A DNA stretch of 64,000 nucleotides from Dehalococcoidia bacterium (GCA_965203855.1 CBDBDN010000008.1:287459-351458), one strand, 5' to 3'; positions 25,117 through 34,522 are shown, counted from the first letter of the stretch. Translations and numbers: made by a program. Notes: generated from the letters alone by a model not told the origin.

Positions 25117-28100
25117 ATGAGCGAAATTGCGCTAACCGAATACAGCAGTGCTCGTACACAGCAACTAACTAGGAACGATGCTCGCCGCATCCTAACTCGG
25201 GTTGACGCCGCACGGCAGAATTCGACTTCAGCTAGCCGTCGCTGGCCGTTTGAGCTGATCCAAAACGCCCATGACGCCGGTCCGCGGACCGGCGACGAGC
25301 GCGTTGAAATCGTTTTCCGATTTCAGAACGGCGATTTGGCTGTATCCCACACTGGCAAGCCTTTCACCGCGCAAGAGCTGGCTGCTCTGCTCTCTGGCGG
25401 TTCCAGCAAGGAATTCGATGACCAGGAAACCACGGGGCGTTTTGGCACCGGATTTCTTGCTACGCACGCGTTATCCACCCGGGTCGATGTGGAGGGCATC
25501 ATAGAAACTCACGAAGGCTTTGAGCGGTTTGTAATTGAGCTCGACCGGGACGGCAACGAGGATTCAATCACCGCGAATATCGAACAAGCCAACAAGTCAG
25601 TTAGCGCGGCCACACGGATTACCGGCGCATCGCTTGGCGACCTACCTACTGCGTCGTTCACTTACTACGACGCAGACGATTCAGTAGTAAATGACGGGCT
25701 TGAAAGGTTGCAGGAAGCGTTGCCATACCTTTACGGCACCTGCCCGCAGTTGGGCAAGGTCACTATTGAATCATTAGAAATGACCGCGCGATTTGACCGT
25801 GGACATACATCCGTAATTCATCATGACGGCATTGTCATTGAGATAACGAAAATCAACATTACGGATTCTGATCAACCTACACAGATGGCAGTAATGCGTA
25901 CAATCAAAGACGACAGCAGCGCATCGTTGTTAGCTGTATTCAAAACCACGGACGGTACGACTCCGAAATTCGTAGCTCCGTCCGAAAGGTTTCCCAGATT
26001 GTTCGTACAATTCCCGCTCGGAGAAACCAGCGGATTGCCCCTCAATGTGGTTATTAATGGCCGCTTCACACCCCAGCAAGAGCGTGATGGCATTGCGCTG
26101 AACGCCGAGGATAAGAAGTTGATTGCCGACGCACTGGATACCCTGCCTGCACTAGTATCTCACGCCATTCAGGGCGGGCAGGAAAACGCGCATCAACTTG
26201 CTAGTGTCGGTGTTCCAGCACAACCTCTTGGCGGTGAAAATGCCACTAATGAAATAATATGGTGGAAAGAAATTCTCCTGAAAGTTGCTGAGTCGTTGGC
26301 TAGACAGCCCATTATTCACACAGCGGTCGGGGTGTTGCCCGCAGTATCTCACGGTGGGGATTTTGTATCATTCCTTGTCCCTGCAATCAACAACGCCAGT
26401 CACGAATCAGTTGACTACAACCGAATCCACGAAATTGTGTCTGCTATTACCGAACTCCACGCGCCGACCATAGAAATCGCGCAAGATTGGGCTACAATCG
26501 CTAGGCAATGGCAGGACATCGGTGTTCCGGTAGAACGACTGGGATTTCACGAATTTACCGATTGGATCAAGGGGAGGGCGAAAACAGTTGACGACATCCC
26601 CGTAAGCGCAGACGCGTACCAATGGCTGGCGCAGCTGTTCCTATTGGGGGCGGAGTTGCATGACCGCAATGTAGAGGATATGGTCAATGGGCTTTTGCCC
26701 AACCAGCGCGGAGAATTCCGCAATACGAAAACCGAATATCTTTACGGCGATGCTGGAATATCCGAGGAGGTAAAATCTATAGCGGATATGGTCGAAATCG
26801 ACCTGAAATCGGAGCTTTTGCACGGCCTGATGGCAGACGCACTGAACGCTCCGGGATTTGAATCCGCAAAGGATCTCGTCTGGGGTTCACTGGACAAACA
26901 AGATGATGATAAAGATTATTCAGAGCACCATGCATTGGAGAAAATATTGGACAGTCTGAACAGTGCCTTGCAAGACGACGCCGTGTTCAACCAAAGTACC
27001 GCATTTCTCCCTTTGCGCGCATCTGCCCGTCTAGCTCAGCACCTTTGGGAATCCGGTTTGGAACAGCATCTCCGGCGATGCCCGTTGCTAACTTCCGAAG
27101 GCAAGGTAGTACACCTTACCGGCAATCAGCAGATTTTAGCTCCGGTTTCGCACTGGCCAGACTCAGCGCAACCGTATGCTTGCCTGTACACAGAGAGGCG
27201 CATACTATCCGACTGCTACTGTGATGACAGCACGGTAAGCGGCGCGCTCGCTCCAATGATTGCCGCCGGGCTGGTCATTGAATCGCCTCTGTACAGAGCA
27301 TCCCGTCATGAGATCGATGACCTCAATTTGCTGAATGCTATGGCAAGCGAAAAATTCACTGAAACCCGCGTGGCAGTACGCAACGAAACTTTCGGGCAGA
27401 TTGCGTTTCTAGCAACAGATTTGGTACAGCGTTGCGGTCAAGACAGCGAACTTGCCAAAACCCTGCTTGATTTTGTGCTTAATGTTGCTGCAACAGAGGA
27501 CGATAGCTGGCGCGAGATTAAGCAAATCTCCGGATATAGTTCAGGGCAGCGCATCCCTCTGTCTTTGTATGGTGCGACCTGGCCGTTTGAGCTCAAGGTG
27601 CGGTCGTGGGTTCCTGTCCAGATCCCGGACGAAGAAGGTTTCCAGCCGATGCCGGCAAATGAATCTAATTTACGGGAGATGCTGGATCATACATGGCTTC
27701 GCAATAATCCTGCTGCCGTGCATTTGCTACACCAAGTTTTTGGGTTTAGGCAACTTACATTACTGACCGACAGCTTGGACGCCGAGGTTGAGAATGATTT
27801 GGTTGAACTGTTGCAAGATCCCGCGTTGCTACACTCTGCGGTATCAAATCCTGAAGCAGTTAAATTCGCTTCGGAACTAGCCTCAACCGCGGTCCAACTG
27901 GATTCTGTACGGTCATTCGTGCAGGATGTCGAAAATGACCAAGATCTCCTCGAGCATCTTGCTGAGCGGCGCAAGCAAAGGGAGAGGGTCCACGAGAACC
28001 AAAACCTCGGTTACCATGTGGAAGATTTGGTGCGGGAAAATTTAGAGAGTGCTGGGTTTGCCGTTAAACGCACTGGCGTCGGATCAGATTTTGAGATTTC

Positions 28101-28536
28101 AGCCGAATTAGGTGACGTCGCTAATTTGGAACTAACTCTGGGCAACCAAAGTTGGCTAGTAGAGGTCAAGTCAACGCGTGATCAGCGAGTCCGAATGACC
28201 GATACTCAAGCCAAAACGGCGGTGCAGGAAGGCGACGCGTTTCTGCTGTGTGTGGTGCCTGTATCTACAATAGCGGGTATGCCGGAGCGGGATGAAGTTA
28301 AGGACGCTATGCGCTTCGTCCAAAATTGCGGGTATCGTTTGGAACAATTGTGCAATAATTTGGGTGAATTTGAAGATCAGCGGGATGCCATCACCGCGGA
28401 AGAATCTGCGGGCGTTCAACTAGAAATTACATCAGGCCAAGCGCGAGTTCGGGTTGCCAGTTCGGTATGGGAAGAAGACGGTTTCCCACTTGACGAGCTT
28501 GCCGATAGGTTAGCGTCAGCCATCGCAGTACCCTAA
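25117..28536 (+). CDS. Sacsin/NO VEIN-type GHKL ATPase fused to a C-terminal DUF3883 (restriction endonuclease-fold) domain
   Basis: Bergerat N-box RRWPFELIQNAHDAG, then HTGKPF and GRFGTGFLATH. The C-terminus reads DFEISAELGD...WLVEVKSTRDQRVRMTDTQAKTAV..AFLLCVVPV. The track ORF begins at 24982, so the start is uncertain. Sampled lines are about 47% GC. Confidence 0.75.
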   Translation: MSEIALTEYSSARTQQLTRNDARRILTRVDAARQNSTSASRRWPFELIQNAHDAGPRTGDERVEIVFRFQNGDLAVSHTGKPFTAQELAALLSGGSSKEFDDQETTGRFGTGFLATHALSTRVDVEGIIETHEGFERFVIELDRDGNEDSITANIEQANKSVSAATRITGASLGDLPTASFTYYDADDSVVNDGLERLQEALPYLYGTCPQLGKVTIESLEMTARFDRGHTSVIHHDGIVIEITKINITDSDQPTQMAVMRTIKDDSSASLLAVFKTTDGTTPKFVAPSERFPRLFVQFPLGETSGLPLNVVINGRFTPQQERDGIALNAEDKKLIADALDTLPALVSHAIQGGQENAHQLASVGVPAQPLGGENATNEIIWWKEILLKVAESLARQPIIHTAVGVLPAVSHGGDFVSFLVPAINNASHESVDYNRIHEIVSAITELHAPTIEIAQDWATIARQWQDIGVPVERLGFHEFTDWIKGRAKTVDDIPVSADAYQWLAQLFLLGAELHDRNVEDMVNGLLPNQRGEFRNTKTEYLYGDAGISEEVKSIADMVEIDLKSELLHGLMADALNAPGFESAKDLVWGSLDKQDDDKDYSEHHALEKILDSLNSALQDDAVFNQSTAFLPLRASARLAQHLWESGLEQHLRRCPLLTSEGKVVHLTGNQQILAPVSHWPDSAQPYACLYTERRILSDCYCDDSTVSGALAPMIAAGLVIESPLYRASRHEIDDLNLLNAMASEKFTETRVAVRNETFGQIAFLATDLVQRCGQDSELAKTLLDFVLNVAATEDDSWREIKQISGYSSGQRIPLSLYGATWPFELKVRSWVPVQIPDEEGFQPMPANESNLREMLDHTWLRNNPAAVHLLHQVFGFRQLTLLTDSLDAEVENDLVELLQDPALLHSAVSNPEAVKFASELASTAVQLDSVRSFVQDVENDQDLLEHLAERRKQRERVHENQNLGYHVEDLVRENLESAGFAVKRTGVGSDFEISAELGDVANLELTLGNQSWLVEVKSTRDQRVRMTDTQAKTAVQEGDAFLLCVVPVSTIAGMPERDEVKDAMRFVQNCGYRLEQLCNNLGEFEDQRDAITAEESAGVQLEITSGQARVRVASSVWEEDGFPLDELADRLASAIAVP

Positions 28537-29405
28537 AACCCCTGCATCCACCGCGTAAAACGCTCTATTTGCGCCAGCGGTTGCTCGCCGGCCAGCCATA
28601 ACTGCTTGCCGTACAGCGTTTTGTCGGATACATCCAGCCGGCCGTAAGCCAGCAGCAGGTAGGTGTTGGCGAAAGTGTCCACCAAGAGGTCGAAGTTGGC
28701 GGCATCGGTATAAGCGGGCGGGCCGGTGGTAACTTCCGCGCTTTCCGGGCCGGCCTCGACATGGATGGATTCGGCGTCGTACATTCGGAACCAGATGCGC
28801 CGGACGGTAGCGGGCGGGTCGGCGCCGGGGTTGTAGGCTGATCGCAGCCAGCGTTCCGACATTCCCAGCAGGACGGGAATGGCGTCAGGATGCAGTTGAG
28901 CGTCGGCGTCAAAGGCGCTGCGGATGTCCCAGTCGTGGACGGCCAGTTCCTGGATGCGCTGGCTGACATACTCGCGCGCCGTCATCGCGCCGCGCCGGGG
29001 ATGCCAGCATGGCTGCTGCCATTCATCGCCGCTGAACCCGTCCAGCAGTGCGGACAGCTCGGCATAGAGCCGGCGGAACTCGGGCAGCAATTGGCCGCCC
29101 AGGCTTTGGGCGTAGGCAATATCGGCATCAGCGTTGGCCGCCGACATCTCCATATTGCTGGCGGCGGGCGTGAAGCCGGCCGGAGGAGCGGAGTCGCCGG
29201 CGCGTCCGCGGGTCATACTGGCAATCTGGCGTTCTGCGCGGTTGGTCAGATGGCCGGCCACGTCGCGCACGGTCCAAGCGTGGCAAGCCGACTGCCGATT
29301 GAGGTCGGCATCCGAGCAGCCGGACAGAAAGTCGTGCAGTTCCTGCCACAGGGTGCTGATTACGGCGATTTCCTGCCGTATTTCCGTCTCATCGTAAGAA
29401 GTCAT
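28533..29405 (-). CDS. DinB-fold, mycothiol-dependent maleylpyruvate isomerase family protein (paralog A)
   Basis: CHAWTVRDVAGHLTN, WDIRSAFD. The start is taken at M11 (29405), which follows AAAGGAGAG. The stop overlaps the convergent GHKL gene stop. Confidence 0.7.
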   Translation of the reverse strand: MTSYDETEIRQEIAVISTLWQELHDFLSGCSDADLNRQSACHAWTVRDVAGHLTNRAERQIASMTRGRAGDSAPPAGFTPAASNMEMSAANADADIAYAQSLGGQLLPEFRRLYAELSALLDGFSGDEWQQPCWHPRRGAMTAREYVSQRIQELAVHDWDIRSAFDADAQLHPDAIPVLLGMSERWLRSAYNPGADPPATVRRIWFRMYDAESIHVEAGPESAEVTTGPPAYTDAANFDLLVDTFANTYLLLAYGRLDVSDKTLYGKQLWLAGEQPLAQIERFTRWMQGF

Positions 29406-29490
29406 TGCCTTTTGCTCTCCTTTCATCGCCATCAATCAGCGAAAATCCGGTTCATCCGGCTTGGCGGTTCGCAACCCGCATCCGTTACCG

Positions 29491-30366
29491 CTACAGCCCG
29501 CCGAACCAGCGGCTCAGGTTCCGCAGCGCGACGTGGGCGATGGTATCGGCGTCCTGGGATACGCGGATGCGGCCGGCGCGCTTGGCGGCGTTCCAATCCA
29601 TCCGGTTGTACAGACAAAGCAGGTAGGTATTGGCGTCGCAGCGGATGGTGAGCTGGGGCTTGCGCGCTGCGGAGGGCGGCGCTACGGAGTAGGCATCGCC
29701 GGTTACCGTTACATCGTGCCGCAGGGTTGCGGCGGCGGCGCTGCCATCGCCATTGTCGCCGCTGCTGCCTACCTCAAAGCGATAGACGGCGGGGGTGGTG
29801 AGAGGCGCGGTAGGCCGGAAGCAGAGCTGATACCACATTTCCGACGCCGGCAGCAGCGCAACGATGCCATCGGCGTCCAGAACGCCGTCTCCAGTGCCGC
29901 CGGAACGCATATCCCAGTCGTGGATAACCAGTTCCTGGATACGCAAGTCAACATAGCTGCTTGCGGTAATCGTGCCGCGCCGCCGGTGCCAGCAGCCGAT
30001 TGACCAGTCAGACCAGCCTTGCAGCAGGGCGTCCAGTTCCTGGTAGTTGCGCTGGAAATTGTCCAGCAGGGCGGCGCCCAAGTCGGCGCGCATTTGGGCG
30101 TTGTTGACGGCGTTGGCCTGTTGCACCTGGTCGGGGGTGGCCAGGCCGGTTTCGCCGTCGGGCGGCCCGCTTTGGCCGGCCTGGCCGCGGAGCATGGCAT
30201 CGCGCTGGCGGACGGCGCCGCCGGCCAGATGCGCCGCTACGGTGGCTACATCCCATTCGGAGCAGGCCGTCGGCCCGTCCAAGGCGGATGCCGGCCCGTC
30301 CGACAGGCGGCGGTGAATATCGCCCGACAAGCGTCGGATCAGCGCAATTTTGGCTGCTTCGTCCAT
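29491..30366 (-). CDS. DinB-fold, mycothiol-dependent maleylpyruvate isomerase family protein (paralog B)
   Basis: CSEWDVATVAAHLAGG, HDWDMRSGG. GGAGG lies 9 nt upstream of the ATG at 30366. The track start is 30402. Confidence 0.7.
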   Translation of the reverse strand: MDEAAKIALIRRLSGDIHRRLSDGPASALDGPTACSEWDVATVAAHLAGGAVRQRDAMLRGQAGQSGPPDGETGLATPDQVQQANAVNNAQMRADLGAALLDNFQRNYQELDALLQGWSDWSIGCWHRRRGTITASSYVDLRIQELVIHDWDMRSGGTGDGVLDADGIVALLPASEMWYQLCFRPTAPLTTPAVYRFEVGSSGDNGDGSAAAATLRHDVTVTGDAYSVAPPSAARKPQLTIRCDANTYLLCLYNRMDWNAAKRAGRIRVSQDADTIAHVALRNLSRWFGGL

Positions 30367-30574
30367 AGCAATCGCCTCCATAAAATAGTTGGTATCCGGC
30401 AAGCAGCGGCCCTAGTGTACCAGAGATGCCGGCGGGACTGCGCGTTTTGCGGCTCCCGGTGTATAATATGCTTGGTTTCCTGATTTTTTCGCCGCCGCCA
30501 GCGGAGGGGAACGCTATGCCCGACAAGTCGCAGTCGCACGCCGGCCGTTTGGACGCGCTGCGCCGGTTGCGCTG

Positions 30575-30805
30575 ATGGAACGCTACGGATGCCTGGTCAT
30601 CGGGGTAGTCATCGCCCTGGTCATTCTGGTGGTAACCGTCTATTACTGGTCGGGCTGGCTCAACCGCCCGGTGGGTCATAGCCCGACCCCTGCCTTGACC
30701 CTCACGCTGGAGGAAAGGGAGTTGGGGCGGCTTTACGCCGCTGGAATGGATGGACGGGATCTTGGATTGGGCTGGTGGGATGGATTCCGGCTTGCGCCGG
30801 AATGA
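30575..30805 (+). CDS. Possible small membrane protein (76 aa) preceded by a 19-codon leader ORF (30516-30575)
   Basis: GGAGGGG SD, then MPDKSQSHAGRLDALRRLR, a TGATG overlap, then MERYGCLVIGVVIALVILVVTVYYWSGW (one TM helix). The C-terminus and stop come from the repeat hairpin (GFRLAPE*). Confidence 0.25.
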   Translation: MERYGCLVIGVVIALVILVVTVYYWSGWLNRPVGHSPTPALTLTLEERELGRLYAAGMDGRDLGLGWWDGFRLAPE

Positions 30806-30808
30806 CGG
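30782..30808. repeat. Solo repeat hairpin
   Basis: GGATTCCGGC-TTGC-GCCGGAATGACGG, followed by degenerate GGATGACGG and GGAATGACGG units up to about 30850. Confidence 0.9.
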
Positions 30809-30989
30809 TTGGGGGGACGGATGACGGTTTGGGGACTGGAATGACGGTACGGTGGGGGAGTGGGGGGCTATTGCGCGTTGGGGCTTTGTCTGCGACAATT
30901 GTCGGGGTGTTAGCGGGCTATTTTTTGACGCCGGGCCGGTTTTGCCGGCGGCGCTGCGCCCGTATCAGTGCATGGAATCAGTTTTTGAT

Positions 30990-31403
30990 ATGAGCAGCGG
31001 AAGTCAGCATCCGATACGCGTCCTGGTGGCCAAGCCCGGTTTGGACGGGCATGACCGGGGGGCCAAGGTGATTGCCCGCGCGCTGCGGGACGCCGGAATG
31101 GAGGTTATCTATACCGGCATCCGGCAGACGCCGCAGATGGTGGTGCAGGCCGCCGCGCAAGAGGATGTAGCGGTGCTGGGGTTGAGCATTCTGTCGGGGG
31201 CGCATATGGAGCTGATGCCCGAGATTATGCGGCTGCTGCGGGAGCAGGATATGGACGATGTAATGGTTGTACTGGGGGGGATTGTACCTGAGGAGGATCG
31301 GGAGCCGCTGGCGGCGATGGGAGTGTCCGCCGTGTTCGGCCCCGGCACATCGACCAACGACATCATCGCCTATATTTCCGACAACGCCGCGCCGGCCGTA
31401 TGA
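30990..31403 (+). CDS. Cobalamin B12-binding domain protein (methylmalonyl-CoA mutase small/C-terminal domain type)
   Basis: [35 protein letters not shown] contains the DxHxxG motif, followed by [12 protein letters not shown] prefer the start at MSSGSQH. No catalytic mutase subunit is adjacent. Confidence 0.8.
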   Translation: MSSGSQHPIRVLVAKPGLDGHDRGAKVIARALRDAGMEVIYTGIRQTPQMVVQAAAQEDVAVLGLSILSGAHMELMPEIMRLLREQDMDDVMVVLGGIVPEEDREPLAAMGVSAVFGPGTSTNDIIAYISDNAAPAV

Positions 31404-31477
31404 CTTTAACTCTAACGCTGGCGGCACGGGTATAAAACGGCATTGTACAAAAATCGGGGAATTGCGCTGTCCGTTGC

Positions 31478-31506
31478 TTGCGGACAACATAATGTCCGAC
31501 TATAAT
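31478..31506 (+). promoter_or_regulatory. Sigma70-like promoter of the yceD-rpmF operon
   Basis: TTGCGG (31478-31483), a 17-nt spacer, then TATAAT (31501-31506). Confidence 0.5.
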
Positions 31507-31566
31507 CTTGCCCAATTTCGGCTGCCGGCGTCCGTGGCCGCAGCATCCGCTATTAACCACTTCGCT

Positions 31567-32121
31567 ATGAACTACAATGTGGCGCAGCTGCTGAAGGAAC
31601 CCGTTGGCGCCCAGCGCAGTTTTTCGTTTGAGGAGACTTACACCGAGTTTGACGCTGCGGGGTTGCCGGATGCGGACAATCCGGACGCGGACAATCCGAT
31701 AGAATACGCCGCCGGTTCCGGCCTGATGGTGCGGACGCATCAGGGTATTTGGGTGCGGGCGGCGGCCCGCGTTGCGGTGCGGCAGGAATGCAGCCGCTGC
31801 CTGAACGCTTTCGGACGGTCGCTGTCTCTGGAACTGGATGAGGAGTATCTGCCGCTGGTTGACATCAGAACGGGACGCCGCACTGAACCGCCGGACGACT
31901 GGCTGGGCTTGAGCATTGACGATGACCATATTCTCAAACTGGACGAAGCGATTCGGCAGTCGGCGATGACGGAACTGCCGCTGAAGCCGCTGTGCCGTCC
32001 CGACTGCGGCGGCATTTGCGACCGTTGCGGGGCCGACTTGAATCTGGCGCAATGCGACTGCGATGACAATGACGGCGATCCGCGATGGGCTGCGCTGCGT
32101 TCTCTGATTGCCGCCGAGTAG
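31567..32121 (+). CDS. yceD: YceD/DUF177 family protein (23S rRNA accumulation protein)
   Basis: MNYNVAQLLKEPVGAQRSFSFEE and a C-terminal CRPDCGGICDRCGADLNLAQCDC. It lies upstream of rpmF, as is usual. The start is placed after the promoter at 31501. Confidence 0.8.
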   Translation: MNYNVAQLLKEPVGAQRSFSFEETYTEFDAAGLPDADNPDADNPIEYAAGSGLMVRTHQGIWVRAAARVAVRQECSRCLNAFGRSLSLELDEEYLPLVDIRTGRRTEPPDDWLGLSIDDDHILKLDEAIRQSAMTELPLKPLCRPDCGGICDRCGADLNLAQCDCDDNDGDPRWAALRSLIAAE

Positions 32122-32243
32122 GCAACTCTGAATCCGACATTCTTTCAACAAAGATCCGCAAACAACAGACTCCGACATTTTACGCACGGCGCGACGGCGG
32201 CATCCTGGCGGATTGGCCCGGCGCGTCGGCCAGAGAGATTACT

Positions 32244-32423
32244 ATGGGCGCACTGCCGAACAAAAAACTGACCCGAGCCCGGCGCGGCCGGCGCGTATCA
32301 TCCCCCGCCTATCGTCTGCGTACCCTGAATCCGGCGCGCTGCCCGCGCTGCCGCACGGCCAAGCGTCCTCATGCGGCCTGTCCGGGTTGCGGTTACTATC
32401 GGGGGCGGCAGGTAACGGTGTAG
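32244..32423 (+). CDS. rpmF: 50S ribosomal protein L32
   Basis: MGALPNKKLTRARRGRR...CPRCRTAKRPHAACPGCGYYRGRQV (zinc ribbon), 59 aa. It is an internal start of track ORF 32085..32423. Confidence 0.9.
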   Translation: MGALPNKKLTRARRGRRVSSPAYRLRTLNPARCPRCRTAKRPHAACPGCGYYRGRQVTV

Positions 32424-32476
32424 GGCGACGCTGTCCATCTGCTGCGCCGCCGCAAGGCCCGTCGGAGCGTATTCTG

Positions 32477-33427
32477 ATGACTGACCACGCAACTGCTCCC
32501 GTCTATTCCTACATCTTTCCGGGGCAAGGGGCCCAGAAAGTGGGGATGGGGCGCAGCTTATACGAAACTTCGCCGGCGGCGCGCGCCGTCTTTGAGGAGG
32601 CGGACGACAGCCTGGGAATGGGCTTGTCGCGGCTGATACTGGCGGGGCCGGCCGACGAATTGCAAGATACGGCGCACGCTCAACCGGCCATAATGGCGGT
32701 AAGCATTGCGGTATGGCGGGCGTGGCAGGAGTATCTGGGCGCGGACGATGCGCGGTCGCCGGCCAGCGTTGCCGGCCACAGCCTGGGCGAATATACCGCT
32801 ATGGTGGCGGGCGGCGTAATGGATTTCAGCGACGGGATCCGGCTGGTGCGGGAACGGGGGCGGCTGATGCACGAGGCGGGCGCAGCGCAGCCGGGCGCAA
32901 TGGCGGCGATCATCGGGCTGGACGAGGGCGTCGTAGCGGGCATTGCCGAATGCGCCGGCGTAGAGCTGGCCAATATCAATTCGGACGACCAAATTGTGAT
33001 CAGCGGGGCGGCGGCGGCGTTGGCAGACGCTATGGCGGCGGCTACCGCGCAGGGGGCGAAAAAAGTGATACCGCTGGCGGTTAGCGGCGCTTTTCACTCC
33101 CGGCTGATGAACGACGCGCAAGAGGGGCTGGCCGAGGCGATTGACGCGGTGGAGCTGCGCGCGCCGCAGTGTCCGGTCATCGCCAACTCTACCGGCCGGC
33201 CGATTGCCACTGCCGCGGCGGCGCGGGCGGAGCTGCTGGCCGGGCTGTGCCACTGCGTATTGTGGAAGCATTCGGTGCAGTTTATGGCGGGAACGGGCGT
33301 CAACCGGTTCATAGAGTTCGGGCCGGCGCGGGTATTGTCCAGCCTGGTCAAGCGGATTGACGCGGGGGTAGCGGCGCATACGGTGTCGGATCCCGATTCC
33401 ATTCGCAAAGCGGCCGCGGGCGACTGA
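32477..33427 (+). CDS. fabD: Malonyl CoA-acyl carrier protein transacylase
   Basis: YIFPGQGAQKVGMG, the active site GHSLGEYTA, and AFHSRLM. The start is at M89 of track ORF 32213. Confidence 0.9.
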   Translation: MTDHATAPVYSYIFPGQGAQKVGMGRSLYETSPAARAVFEEADDSLGMGLSRLILAGPADELQDTAHAQPAIMAVSIAVWRAWQEYLGADDARSPASVAGHSLGEYTAMVAGGVMDFSDGIRLVRERGRLMHEAGAAQPGAMAAIIGLDEGVVAGIAECAGVELANINSDDQIVISGAAAALADAMAAATAQGAKKVIPLAVSGAFHSRLMNDAQEGLAEAIDAVELRAPQCPVIANSTGRPIATAAAARAELLAGLCHCVLWKHSVQFMAGTGVNRFIEFGPARVLSSLVKRIDAGVAAHTVSDPDSIRKAAAGD

Positions 33428-33498
33428 TTGGCGGCCGGCCGTACTGTGCGCGGGCCGCAGGCTGTCGACTTTTCACGGCGCAAACAAAGCGGGCAAAC

Positions 33499-34068
33499 TT
33501 GGCTACGCAATCACGCATACGCACCGCGCCATCCCGTTCCGCGGGCGTGCGCGCTGGGCCGGTGGGTCGGCAGGCGCGGATTCTGGCGTTGCAGGCGCTG
33601 TTCGCCGCCGATGTGCGGGGAGTGGCGCCGGATGACAATGTGATGGACTGGCTATGCGCCGAGGAACCGGCCAAGGCGTCGGTGCGCCGGAATGCGGAGC
33701 GCATCGCCGCCGCCGTAGCGTCCGGCGGGGCCGAGCTGGACGGGGTGGTACAGCGGTTTGCGCCGGTGATTCCGGTGCCTCTGCTATCTATCGTTGACCG
33801 CAACATACTGCGTATGGCAATCTATGAGCTGAGCAACCGGGAAACCGTGCCGCGTCAGGTAATGGTGAAGGAAGCGGTAGAATTGGCATCAATGTTCGGC
33901 AGCGCCAGCAGCGCGCGTTTCGTCAACGGCGTGCTGGGGGCGTTTCTGCACCAGCGGGACGGCGTTTCCGGCGCAACGGAGACCGCGGCGGATGCGGCGC
34001 CGGCCGCGCCGGAAACGCATCCGGCAACGCATTCAACTTATGACAACCCGTTCCATCCTGCGACCTGA
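33499..34068 (+). CDS. nusB: Transcription antitermination factor NusB
   Basis: RQARILALQALFAADV, VDRNILRMAIYEL, EAVELASMFGSASSARFVNGVLG. TTG start with an Ala-rich C-terminal tail. Confidence 0.85.
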   Translation: MATQSRIRTAPSRSAGVRAGPVGRQARILALQALFAADVRGVAPDDNVMDWLCAEEPAKASVRRNAERIAAAVASGGAELDGVVQRFAPVIPVPLLSIVDRNILRMAIYELSNRETVPRQVMVKEAVELASMFGSASSARFVNGVLGAFLHQRDGVSGATETAADAAPAAPETHPATHSTYDNPFHPAT

Positions 34069-34139
34069 CTTTTCGCAGACTGACCCCTTAACCGACACTT
34101 ACCCATCGGCATTGCGCCGATGCCTACGGAGATGAACCC

Positions 34140-34400
34140 TTGAGTACCGTTTTTGAGCGCGTCACCGAAATCGTAGTTGACAAACTGAACGTCGATGCCG
34201 GGGACGTAACCGAAGAAGCCTCCTTTCAGGACGACTTGGGGGCGGATTCTCTGGACTTGGTGGAGCTGATTATGGCCTTTGAGGAGGAGTTCAGTTCCGA
34301 TGGCAACCAGATTGAGATACCGGACGAGGACGCCGGGGAGATACGGACGATTGGCGATGCCGTAACTTACCTGAAAGGGAAGGGCATAGCCGACGAGTAG
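34140..34400 (+). CDS. acpP: Acyl carrier protein
   Basis: The phosphopantetheine site is [19 protein letters not shown]. 86 aa, TTG start. Confidence 0.9.
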   Translation: MSTVFERVTEIVVDKLNVDAGDVTEEASFQDDLGADSLDLVELIMAFEEEFSSDGNQIEIPDEDAGEIRTIGDAVTYLKGKGIADE

Positions 34401-34522
34401 GCCGGTTCATCCCGGCCGGCGGCGCCGGCATCCGTCATCTGCCTGCTATTCCGCAGCGTCCGACATCCGATGCGATTGCGACAGCGACTGCGACTGCAAG
34501 GGCCTACGGGCGGCATATTGCT

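Noticed and set aside
21640-28540. Mobile-element hallmarks (integrase, transposase, flanking direct repeats) around the AT-richer island.
   Set aside because: None were seen. Both borders abut neighbouring genes within 0-20 nt, so I report the block as compositionally atypical but not as a defined mobile element.
31267-31566. A long N-terminal extension of the yceD ORF (track start 31267; alternative ATG at 31492).
   Set aside because: It overlaps the 3' end of the B12-binding gene in another frame and contains the TTGCGG-N17-TATAAT promoter. YceD similarity starts at MNYNVAQLL.
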